DNA of 64,000 bases, taken from contig OZ059898.1 of the NCBI GenBank assembly GCA_964057225.1, positions 2,170,001-2,234,000 of the forward strand, given 5' to 3'. Source of the stretch: Auanema rhodensis. Taxonomy: Eukaryota > Animalia > Nematoda. This document shows, one piece after another, positions 1 to 11,400 of this stretch. The notes under the pieces are model-generated. The model had not been told where the DNA came from. It did no database searches and saw only the letters and a list, made by a program, of their open reading frames with translations. The first letter of the stretch is position 1. Each line of letters begins with the position of its first letter. Made by a program: the position numbers and the translations under genes.

Positions 1-96
1 TTTCACCCTGAAGATTTAATTTTTTCGTTGAATAACATTGTCCATCGTCTTTGCCTTGAAAAATGGAATCTAAAAACATCTACTTTTTGCTAAATT

Positions 97-131
97 ATTT
101 TGAAATTTTTCGAAAAAATTTTTGTCAAAAT
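97..131. repeat. Imperfect dyad in every monomer: attttga...tttttCGaaaaa...tcaaaat
   Basis: tttttcgaaaaa (106-117) is a perfect palindrome. attttga (97-103) is the reverse complement of tcaaaat (125-131). aaaaacat (72-79) is the reverse complement of atgttttt (130-137). Confidence 0.8.
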
Positions 132-144
132 GTTTTTGGAAGCA

Positions 145-172
145 ATGTTGAGTGTACATGGAAACTCAACAT
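145..172. repeat. Inverted repeat in every monomer, 9-bp stem with 10-nt loop
   Basis: atgttgagt (145-153) and actcaacat (164-172) are exact reverse complements. Confidence 0.9.
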
Positions 173-255
173 ACACTAATGCATCATTTTTCAAACGATC
201 ATAACTAATTTTTGTATTAAGCGTTTCTCAATGTAGTATAGTGCATTCGATGCGG

Positions 256-306
256 ATTTTTAAGCTGCGTCGATCTGTGTTATCAGATTTGCGCTAGCTT
301 AAAAAT
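256..306. repeat. Long imperfect hairpin in every monomer (11-bp outer stem plus inner stems)
   Basis: atttttaagct (256-266)/agcttaaaaat (296-306) exact; gcg (267-269)/cgc (292-294); atctg (273-277)/cagat (284-288); 6-nt loop. Confidence 0.9.
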
Positions 307-310
307 GCAC

Positions 311-349
311 CGAGATATCAACTGATATAAGTTCACACTTATATCCTCG
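311..349. repeat. Inverted repeat in every monomer, 9-bp stem with 4-nt loop, nested in cgag/ctcg
   Basis: gatataagt (324-332) tcac acttatatc (337-345); outer cgag (311-314)/ctcg (346-349). Confidence 0.9.
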
Positions 350-2456
350 ATTTTCACCCTGAAGAATTAATTTTTTCGTTGAATAACATTGTCCATCGTT
401 TTTGCCTTGAAAAAAGGAATCTAAAAACATCTACTTTTTGCTAAATTATTTTGAAATTTTTCGAAAAAATTTTTGTCAAAATGTTTTTGGAAGCAATGTT
501 GAGTGTACATGGAAACTCAACATACACTAATGCATCATTTTTCAAACGATCATAACTAATTTTTGTATTAAGCGTTTCTCAATGTAGTATAGTGCATTCG
601 ATGCGGATTTTTAAGCTGCGTCGATCTGTGTTATCAGATTTGCGCTAGCTTAAAAATGCACCGAGATATCAACTGATATAAGTTCACACTTATATCCTCG
701 ATTTTCACCCTGAAGAATTAATTTTTTCGTTGAATAACATTGTCCATCGTTTTTGCCTTGAAAAAAGGAATCTAAAAACATCTACTTTTTGCTAAATTAT
801 TTTGAAATTTTTCGAAAAAATTTTTGTCAAAATGTTTTTGGAAGCAATGTTGAGTGTACATGGAAACTCAACATACACTAATGCATCATTTTTCAAACGA
901 TCATAACTAATTTTTGTATTAAGCGTTTCTCAATGTAGTATAGTGCATTCGATGCGGATTTTTAAGCTGCGTCGATCTGTGTTATCAGATTTGCGCTAGC
1001 TTAAAAATGCACCGAGATATCAACTGATATAAGTTCACACTTATATCCTCGATTTTCACCCTGAAGAATTAATTTTTTCGTTGAATAACATTGTCCATCG
1101 TTTTTGCCTTGAAAAAAGGAATCTAAAAACATCTACTTTTTGCTAAATTATTTTGAAATTTTTCGAAAAAATTTTTGTCAAAATGTTTTTGGAAGCAATG
1201 TTGAGTGTACATGGAAATCAACATACACTAATGCATCATTTTTCAAACGATCATAACTAATTTTTGTATTAAGCGTTTCTCAATGTATTATAGTGCATTC
1301 GATGCGGATTTTTAAGCTGCGTCGATCTGTGTTATCAGATTTGCGCTAGCTTAAAAATGCACCGAGATATCAACTGATATAAGTTCACACTTATATCCTC
1401 GATTTTCACCCTGAAGAATTAATTTTTTCGTTGAATAACATTGTCCATCGTCTTTGCCTTGAAAAAAGGAATCTAAAAACATCTACTTTTTGCTAAATTA
1501 TTTTGAAATTTTCCGAAAAAATTTTTGTCAAAATGTTTTTGGAAGCAATGTTGAGTGTACATGGAAACTCAACATACACTAATGCATCATTTTTCAAACG
1601 ATCATAACTAATTTTTGTATTAAGCGTTTCTCAATGTAGTATAGTGCATTCGATGCGGATTTTTAAGCTGCGTCGATCTGTGTTATCAGATTTGCGCTAG
1701 CTTAAAAATGCACCGAGATATCAACTGATATAAGTTCACACTTATATCCTCGATTTTCACCCTGAAGATTTAATTTTTTCGTTGAATAACATTGTCCATC
1801 GTCTTTGCCTTGAAAAATAAAATCTAAAAACATCTACTTTTTGCTAAATTATTTTGAAATTTTTCGAAAAAATTTTTGTCAAAATGTTTTTGGAAGCAAT
1901 GTTGAGTGTACATGGAAACTCAACATACACTAATGCATCATTTTTCAAACGATCATAACTAATTTTTGTATTAAGCGTTTCTCAATGTGGTATAGTGCAT
2001 TCGATGCGGATTTTTAAGCTGCGTCGATCTGTGTTATCAGATTTGCGCTAGCTTAAAAATGCACCGAGATATCAACTGATATAAGTTCACACTTATATCC
2101 TCGATTTTCACCCTGAAGATTTAATTTTTTCGTTGAATAACATTGTCCATCGTCTTTGCCTTGAAAAATGGAATCTAAAAACATCTACTTCTTGCTAAAT
2201 TATTTTGAAATTTTTCGAAAAAATTTTTGTCAAAATGTTTTTGGAAGCAATGTTGAGTGTACATGGAAACTCAACATACACTAATGCATCATTTTTCAAA
2301 CGATCATAACTAATTTTTGTATTAAGCGTTTCTCAATGTAGTATAGTGCATTCGATGCGGATTTTTAAGCTGCGTCGATCTGTGTTATCAGATTTGCGCT
2401 AGCTTAAAAATGCACCGAGATATCAACTGATATAAGTTCACACTTATATCCTCGAT

Positions 2457-5400
2457 TTTCACCCTGAAGAATTAATTTTTTCGTTGAATAACATTGTCCA
2501 TCGTCTTTGCCTTGAAAAATGGAATCTAAAAACATCTACTTCTTGCTAAATTATTTTGAAATTTTTCGAAAAAATTTTTGTCAAAATGTTTTTGGAAGCA
2601 ATGTTGAGTGTACATGGAAACTCAACATACACTAATGCATCATTTTTCAAACGATCATAACTAATTTTTGTATTAAGCGTTTCTCAATGTAGTATAGTGC
2701 ATTCGATGCGGATTTTTAAGCTGCGTCGATCTGTGTTATCAGATTTGCGCTAGCTTAAAAATGCACCGAGATATCAACTGATATAAGTTCACACTTATAT
2801 CCTCGATTTTCACCCTGAAGATTTAATTTTTTCGTTGAATAACATTGTCCATCGTCTTTGCCTTGAAAAATAAAATCTAAAAACATCTACTTTTTGCTAA
2901 ATTATTTTGAAATTTTTCGAAAAAATTTTTGTCAAAATGTTTTTGGAAGCAATGTTGAGTGTACATGGAAACTCAACATACACTAATGCATCATTTTTCA
3001 AACGATCATAACTAATTTTTGTATTAAGCGTTTCTCAATGTGGTATAGTGCATTCGATGCGGATTTTTAAGCTGCGTCGATCTGTGTTATCAGATTTGCG
3101 CTAGCTTAAAAATGCACCGAGATATCAACTGATATAAGTTCACACTTATATCCTCGATTTTCACCCTGAAGATTTAATTTTTTCGTTGAATAACATTGTC
3201 CATCGTCTTTGCCTTGAAAAATGGAATCTAAAAACATCTACTTCTTGCTAAATTATTTTGAAATTTTTCGAAAAAATTTTTGTCAAAATGTTTTTGGAAG
3301 CAATGTTGAGTGTACATGGAAACTCAACATACACTAATGCATCATTTTTCAAACGATCATAACTAATTTTTGTATTAAGCGTTTCTCAATGTAGTATAGT
3401 GCATTCGATGCGGATTTTTAAGCTGCGTCGATCTGTGTTATCAGATTTGCGCTAGCTTAAAAATGCACCGAGATATCAACTGATATAAGTTCACACTTAT
3501 ATCCTCGATTTTCACCCTGAAGAATTAATTTTTTCGTTGAATAACATTGTCCATCGTTTTTGCCTTGAAAAAAGGAATCTAAAAACATCTACTTTTTGCT
3601 AAATTATTTTGAAATTTTTCGAAAAAATTTTTGTCAAAATGTTTTTGGAAGCAATGTTGAGTGTACATGGAAACTCAACATACACTAATGCATCATTTTT
3701 CAAACGATCATAACTAATTTTTGTATTAAGCGTTTCTCAATGTAGTATAGTGCATTCGATGCGGATTTTTAAGCTGCGTCGATCTGTGTTATCAGATTTG
3801 CGCTAGCTTAAAAATGCACCGAGATATCAACTGATATAAGTTCACACTTATATCCTCGATTTTCACCCTGAAGAATTAATTTTTTCGTTGAATAACATTG
3901 TCCATCGTTTTTGCCTTGAAAAAAGGAATCTAAAAACATCTACTTTTTGCTAAATTATTTTGAAATTTTTCGAAAAAATTTTTGTCAAAATGTTTTTGGA
4001 AGCAATGTTGAGTGTACATGGAAATCAACATACACTAATGCATCATTTTTCAAACGATCATAACTAATTTTTGTATTAAGCGTTTCTCAATGTATTATAG
4101 TGCATTCGATGCGGATTTTTAAGCTGCGTCGATCTGTGTTATCAGATTTGCGCTAGCTTAAAAATGCACCGAGATATCAACTGATATAAGTTCACACTTA
4201 TATCCTCGATTTTCACCCTGAAGAATTAATTTTTTCGTTGAATAACATTGTCCATCGTCTTTGCCTTGAAAAAAGGAATCTAAAAACATCTACTTTTTGC
4301 TAAATTATTTTGAAATTTTCCGAAAAAATTTTTGTCAAAATGTTTTTGGAAGCAATGTTGAGTGTACATGGAAACTCAACATACACTAATGCATCATTTT
4401 TCAAACGATCATAACTAATTTTTGTATTAAGCGTTTCTCAATGTAGTATAGTGCATTCGATGCGGATTTTTAAGCTGCGTCGATCTGTGTTATCAGATTT
4501 GCGCTAGCTTAAAAATGCACCGAGATATCAACTGATATAAGTTCACACTTATATCCTCGATTTTCACCCTGAAGATTTAATTTTTTCGTTGAATAACATT
4601 GTCCATCGTCTTTGCCTTGAAAAATAAAATCTAAAAACATCTACTTTTTGCTAAATTATTTTGAAATTTTTCGAAAAAATTTTTGTCAAAATGTTTTTGG
4701 AAGCAATGTTGAGTGTACATGGAAACTCAACATACACTAATGCATCATTTTTCAAACGATCATAACTAATTTTTGTATTAAGCGTTTCTCAATGTGGTAT
4801 AGTGCATTCGATGCGGATTTTTAAGCTGCGTCGATCTGTGTTATCAGATTTGCGCTAGCTTAAAAATGCACCGAGATATCAACTGATATAAGTTCACACT
4901 TATATCCTCGATTTTGACCCTGAAGAATTAATTTTTTCGTTGAATAACATTGTCCATCGTCTTTGCCTTGAAAAAAGGAATCTAAAAACATCTACTTTTT
5001 GCTAAATTATTTTGAAATTTTTCGAAAAAATTTTTGTCAAAATGTTTTTGGAAGCAATGTTGAGTGTACATGGAAACTCAACATACACTAATGCATCATT
5101 TTTCAAACGATCATAACTAATTTTTGTAGTAAGCGTTTCTCAATGTAGTATAGTGCATTCGATGCGGATTTTTAAGCTGCGTCGATCTGTGTTATCAGAT
5201 TTGCGCTAGCTTAAAAATGCACCGAGATATCAACTGATATAAGTTCACACTTATATCCTCGATTTTCACCCTGAAGATTTAATTTTTTCGTTGAATAACA
5301 TTGTCCATCGTCTTTGCCTTGAAAAATAAAATCTAAAAACATCTACTTTTTGCTAAATTATTTTGAAATTTTCCGAAAAAATTTTTGTCAAAATGTTTTT

Positions 5401-8400
5401 GGAAGCAATGTTGAGTGTACATGGAAACTCAACATACACTAATGCATCATTTTTCAAACGATCATAACTAATTTTTGTATTAAGCGTTTCTCAATGTAGT
5501 ATAGTGCATTCGATGCGGATTTTTAAGCTGCGTCGATCTGTGTTATCAGATTTGCGCTAGCTTAAAAATGCACCGAGATATCAACTGATATAAGTTCACA
5601 CTTATATCCTCGATTTTCACCCTGAAGAATTAATTTTTTCGTTGAATAACATTGTCCATCGTCTTTGCCTTGAAAAATGGAATCTAAAAACATCTACTTC
5701 TTGCTAAATTATTTTGAAATTTTTCGAAAAAATTTTTGTCAAAATGTTTTTGGAAGCAATGTTGAGTGTACATGGAAACTCAACATACACTAATGCATCA
5801 TTTTTCAAACGATCATAACTAATTTTTGTATTAAGCGTTTCTCAATGTAGTATAGTGCATTCGATGCGGATTTTTAAGCTGCGTCGATCTGTGTTATCAG
5901 ATTTGCGCTAGCTTAAAAATGCACCGAGATATCAACTGATATAAGTTCACACTTATATCCTCGATTTTCACCCTGAAGATTTAATTTTTTCGTTGAATAA
6001 CATTGTCCATCGTCTTTGCCTTGAAAAATAAAATCTAAAAACATCTACTTTTTGCTAAATTATTTTGAAATTTTTCGAAAAAATTTTTGTCAAAATGTTT
6101 TTGGAAGCAATGTTGAGTGTACATGGAAACTCAACATACACTAATGCATCATTTTTCAAACGATCATAACTAATTTTTGTATTAAGCGTTTCTCAATGTG
6201 GTATAGTGCATTCGATGCGGATTTTTAAGCTGCGTCGATCTGTGTTATCAGATTTGCGCTAGCTTAAAAATGCACCGAGATATCAACTGATATAAGTTCA
6301 CACTTATATCCTCGATTTTCACCCTGAAGATTTAATTTTTTCGTTGAATAACATTGTCCATCGTCTTTGCCTTGAAAAATGGAATCTAAAAACATCTACT
6401 TCTTGCTAAATTATTTTGAAATTTTTCGAAAAAATTTTTGTCAAAATGTTTTTGGAAGCAATGTTGAGTGTACATGGAAACTCAACATACACTAATGCAT
6501 CATTTTTCAAACGATCATAACTAATTTTTGTATTAAGCGTTTCTCAATGTAGTATAGTGCATTCGATGCGGATTTTTAAGCTGCGTCGATCTGTGTTATC
6601 AGATTTGCGCTAGCTTAAAAATGCACCGAGATATCAACTGATATAAGTTCACACTTATATCCTCGATTTTCACCCTGAAGAATTAATTTTTTCGTTGAAT
6701 AACATTGTCCATCGTTTTTGCCTTGAAAAAAGGAATCTAAAAACATCTACTTTTTGCTAAATTATTTTGAAATTTTTCGAAAAAATTTTTGTCAAAATGT
6801 TTTTGGAAGCAATGTTGAGTGTACATGGAAACTCAACATACACTAATGCATCATTTTTCAAACGATCATAACTAATTTTTGTATTAAGCGTTTCTCAATG
6901 TAGTATAGTGCATTCGATGCGGATTTTTAAGCTGCGTCGATCTGTGTTATCAGATTTGCGCTAGCTTAAAAATGCACCGAGATATCAACTGATATAAGTT
7001 CACACTTATATCCTCGATTTTCACCCTGAAGAATTAATTTTTTTGTTGAATAACATTGTCCATCGTTTTTGCCTTGAAAAAAGGAATCTAAAAACATCTA
7101 CTTTTTGCTAAATTATTTTGAAATTTTTCGAAAAAATTTTTGTCAAAATGTTTTTGGAAGCAATGTTGAGTGTACATGGAAATCAACATACACTAATGCA
7201 TCATTTTTCAAACGATCATAACTAATTTTTGTATTAAGCGTTTCTCAATGTATTATAGTGCATTCGATGCGGATTTTTAAGCTGCGTCGATCTGTGTTAT
7301 CAGATTTGCGCTAGCTTAAAAATGCACCGAGATATCAACTGATATAAGTTCACACTTATATCCTCGATTTTCACCCTGAAGAATTAATTTTTTCGTTGAA
7401 TAACATTGTCCATCGTCTTTGCCTTGAAAAAAGGAATCTAAAAACATCTACTTTTTGCTAAATTATTTTGAAATTTTCCGAAAAAATTTTTGTCAAAATG
7501 TTTTTGGAAGCAATGTTGAGTGTACATGGAAACTCAACATACACTAATGCATCATTTTTCAAACGATCATAACTAATTTTTGTATTAAGCGTTTCTCAAT
7601 GTAGTATAGTGCATTCGATGCGGATTTTTAAGCTGCGTCGATCTGTGTTATCAGATTTGCGCTAGCTTAAAAATGCACCGAGATATCAACTGATATAAGT
7701 TCACACTTATATCCTCGATTTTCACCCTGAAGATTTAATTTTTTCGTTGAATAACATTGTCCATCGTCTTTGCCTTGAAAAATAAAATCTAAAAACATCT
7801 ACTTTTTGCTAAATTATTTTGAAATTTTTCGAAAAAATTTTTGTCAAAATGTTTTTGGAAGCAATGTTGAGTGTACATGGAAACTCAACATACACTAATG
7901 CATCATTTTTCAAACGATCATAACTAATTTTTGTATTAAGCGTTTCTCAATGTGGTATAGTGCATTCGATGCGGATTTTTAAGCTGCGTCGATCTGTGTT
8001 ATCAGATTTGCGCTAGCTTAAAAATGCACCGAGATATCAACTGATATAAGTTCACACTTATATCCTCGATTTTGACCCTGAAGAATTAATTTTTTCGTTG
8101 AATAACATTGTCCATCGTCTTTGCCTTGAAAAAAGGAATCTAAAAACATCTACTTTTTGCTAAATTATTTTGAAATTTTTCGAAAAAATTTTTGTCAAAA
8201 TGTTTTTGGAAGCAATGTTGAGTGTACATGGAAACTCAACATACACTAATGCATCATTTTTCAAACGATCATAACTAATTTTTGTAGTAAGCGTTTCTCA
8301 ATGTAGTATAGTGCATTCGATGCGGATTTTTAAGCTGCGTCGATCTGTGTTATCAGATTTGCGCTAGCTTAAAAATGCACCGAGATATCAACTGATATAA

Positions 8401-8421
8401 GTTCACACTTATATCCTCGAT
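2457..8421 (+). repeat. Local higher-order duplication: 8 monomers (2457-5263) repeated at 5615-8421, period 9 monomers (3158 bp)
   Basis: Same ordered markers in both copies: cttcttg; taaaatc+gtggta; cttcttg; T49; del165+gtatta; ttccga; taaaatc+gtggta; tttgacc+gtagtaag. Confidence 0.9.
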
Positions 8422-11400
8422 TTTCACCCTGAAGAATTAATTTTTTCGTTGAATAACATTGTCCATCGTCTTTGCCTTGAAAAAAGAAATCTAAAAACAT
8501 CTACTTTTTGCTAAATTATTTTGAAATTTTTCGAAAAAATTTTTGTCAAAATGTTTTTGGAAGCAATGTTAAGTGTACATGGAAACTCAACATACACTAA
8601 TGCATCATTTTTCAAACGATCATAACTAATTTTTGTATTAAGCGTTTCTCAATGTAGTATAGTGCATTCGATGCGGATTTTTAAGCTGCGTCGATCTGTG
8701 TTATCAGATTTGCGCTAGCTTAAAAATGCACCGAGATATCAACTGATATAAGTTCACACTTATATCCTCGATTTTCACCCTGAAGATTTAATTTTTTCGT
8801 TGAATAACATTGTCCATCGTCTTTGCCTTGAAAAATGGAATCTAAAAACATCTACTTTTTGCTAAATTATTTTGAAATTTTTCGAAAAAATTTTTGTCAA
8901 AATGTTTTTGGAAGCAATGTTGAGTGTACATGGAAACTCAACATACACTAATGCATCATTTTTCAAACGATCATAACTAATTTTTGTATTAAGCGTTTCT
9001 CAATGTAGTATAGTGCATTCGATGCGGATTTTTAAGCTGCGTCGATCTGTGTTATCAGATTTGCGCTAGCTTAAAAATGCACCGAGATATCAACTGATAT
9101 AAGTTCACACTTATATCCTCGATTTTCACCCTGAAGATTTAATTTTTTCGTTGAATAACATTGTCCATCGTCTTTGCCTTGAAAAATGGAATCTAAAAAC
9201 ATCTACTTTTTGCTAAATTATTTTGAAATTTTTCGAAAAAATTTTTGTCAAAATGTTTTTGGAAGCAATGTTGAGTGTACATGGAAACTCAACATACACT
9301 AATGCATCATTTTTCAAACGATCATAACTAATTTTTGTATTAAGCGTTTCTCAATGTAGTATAGTGCATTCGATGCGGATTTTTAAGCTGCGTCGATCTG
9401 TGTTATCAGATTTGCGCTAGCTTAAAAATGCACCGAGATATCAACTGATATAAGTTCACACTTATATCCTCGATTTTGACCCTGAAGAATTAATTTTTTC
9501 GTTGAATAACATTGTCCATCGTCTTCGCCTTGAAAAAAGGAATCTAAAAACATCTACTTTTTGCTAAATTATTTTGAAATTTTTCGAAAAAATTTTTGTC
9601 AAAATGTTTTTGGAAGCAATGTTGAGTGTACATGGAAACTCAACATACACTAATGCATCATTTTTCAAACGATCATAACTAATTTTTGTATTAAGCGTTT
9701 CTCAATGTAGTATAGTGCATTCAATGCGGATTTTTAAGCTGCGTCGATCTGTGATATCAGATTTGCGCTAGCTTAAAAATGCACCGAGATATCAACTGAT
9801 ATAAGTTCACACTTATATCCTCGATTTTCACCCTGAAGAATTAATTTTTTCGTTGAATAACATTGTCCATCGTCTTTGCCTTGAAAAAAGGAATCTAAAA
9901 ACATCTACTTTTTGCTAAATTATTTTGAAATTTTTCGAAAAAATTTTTGTCAAAATGTTTTTGGAAGCAATGTTGAGTGTACATGGAAACTCAACATACA
10001 CTAATGCATCATTTTTCAAACGATCATAACTAATTTTTGTATTAAGCGTTTCTCAATGTAGTATAGTGCATTCGATGCGGATTTTTAAGCTGCGTCGATC
10101 TGTGTTATCAGATTTGCGCTAGCTTAAAAATGCACCGAGATATCAACTGATATAAGTTCACACTTATATCCTCGATTTTCACCCTGAAGAATTAATTTTT
10201 TCGTTGAATAACATTGTCCATCGTTTTTGCCTTGAAAAAAGGAATCTAAAAACATCTACTTTTTGCTAAATTATTTTGAAATTTTTCGAAAAAATTTTTG
10301 TCAAAATGTTTTTGGAAGCAATGTTGAGTGTACATGGAAACTCAACATACACTAATGCATCATTTTTCAAACGATCATAACTAATTTTTGTATTAAGCGT
10401 TTCTCAATGTAGTATAGTGCATTCGATGCGGATTTTTAAGCTGCGTCGATCTGTGTTATCAGATTTGCGCTAGCTTAAAAATGCACCGAGATATCAACTG
10501 ATATAAGTTCACACTTATATCCTCGATTTTCACCCTGAAGAATTAATTTTTTCGTTGAATAACATTGTCCATCGTTTTTGCCTTGAAAAAAGGAATCTAA
10601 AAACATCTACTTTTTGCTAAATTATTTTGAAATTTTTCGAAAAAATTTTTGTCAAAATGTTTTTGGAAGCAATGTTGAGTGTACATGGAAACTCAACATA
10701 CACTAATGCATCATTTTTCAAACGATCATAACTAATTTTTGTATTAAGCGTTTCTCAATGTAGTATAGTGCATTCGATGCGGATTTTTAAGCTGCGTCGA
10801 TCTGTGTTATCAGATTTGCGCTAGCTTAAAAATGCACCGAGATATCAACTGATATAAGTTCACACTTATATCCTCGATTTTCACCCTGAAGATTTAATTT
10901 TTTCGTTGAATAACATTGTCCATCGTCTTTGCCTTGAAAAATGGAATCTAAAAACATCTACTTTTTGCTAAATTATTTTGAAATTTTTCGAAAAAATTTT
11001 TGTCAAAATGTTTTTGGAAGCAATGTTGAGTGTACATGGAAACTCAACATACACTAATGCATCATTTTTCAAACGATCATAACTAATTTTTGTATTAAGC
11101 GTTTCTCAATGTAGTATAGTGCATTCAATGCGGATTTTTAAGCTGCGTCGATCTGTGATATCAGATTTGCGCTAGCTTAAAAATGCACCGAGATATCAAC
11201 TGATATAAGTTCACACTTATATCCTCGATTTTCACCCTGAAGAATTAATTTTTTCGTTGAATAACATTGTCCATCGTCTTTGCCTTGAAAAAAGGAATCT
11301 AAAAACATCTACTTTTTGCTAAATTATTTTGAAATTTTTCGAAAAAATTTTTGTCAAAATGTTTTTGGAAGCAATGTTGAGTGTACATGGAAACTCAACA

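Larger units (their letters stand above)
1..351 (+). repeat. Reference monomer (351 bp, about 31% GC, A/T-tract rich, 12 CpG)
   Basis: Hand count: 57 C + 53 G of 351. Positions 61-120 are about 18% GC; positions 241-300 are about 45% GC. Confidence 0.97.

Noticed and set aside
23-39. CENP-B box-like tttcgttgaataacatt
   Set aside because: Matches TTCG....A but lacks the essential CGGG half, and the CpG is lost (C26T) in many right-domain copies.
59-137. Helically phased A-tracts causing strong curvature
   Set aside because: Tracts are dense but spaced irregularly (about 6-14 bp) and switch strand; curvature cannot be claimed without modelling.
1-351. Functional 5S rRNA, tRNA or snRNA tandem gene unit
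   Set aside because: Unit length is compatible, but there is no complete 5S (no C-box or 3' stem), no cloverleaf or B-box, and internal T5 Pol III terminators are present. Only a possible relic is reported as a finding.
1-351. Monomer as a dimer of two ~175-bp subunits
   Set aside because: Only short low-complexity matches (taattttt at 17-24 and 206-213), not at a half-unit offset. A sensitive self-alignment would be needed to support it.
1-351. Assignment to a named satellite (Drosophila 359-bp, Tribolium ~350-360-bp, alpha satellite)
   Set aside because: Similar length or AT content alone is not evidence; I do not recognise the sequence and cannot run a search.
7044-7044. Lone C26T in the left domain as proof of long-range gene conversion
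   Set aside because: A single CpG transition next to a T run can recur independently, and the usually linked upstream C336A is absent.
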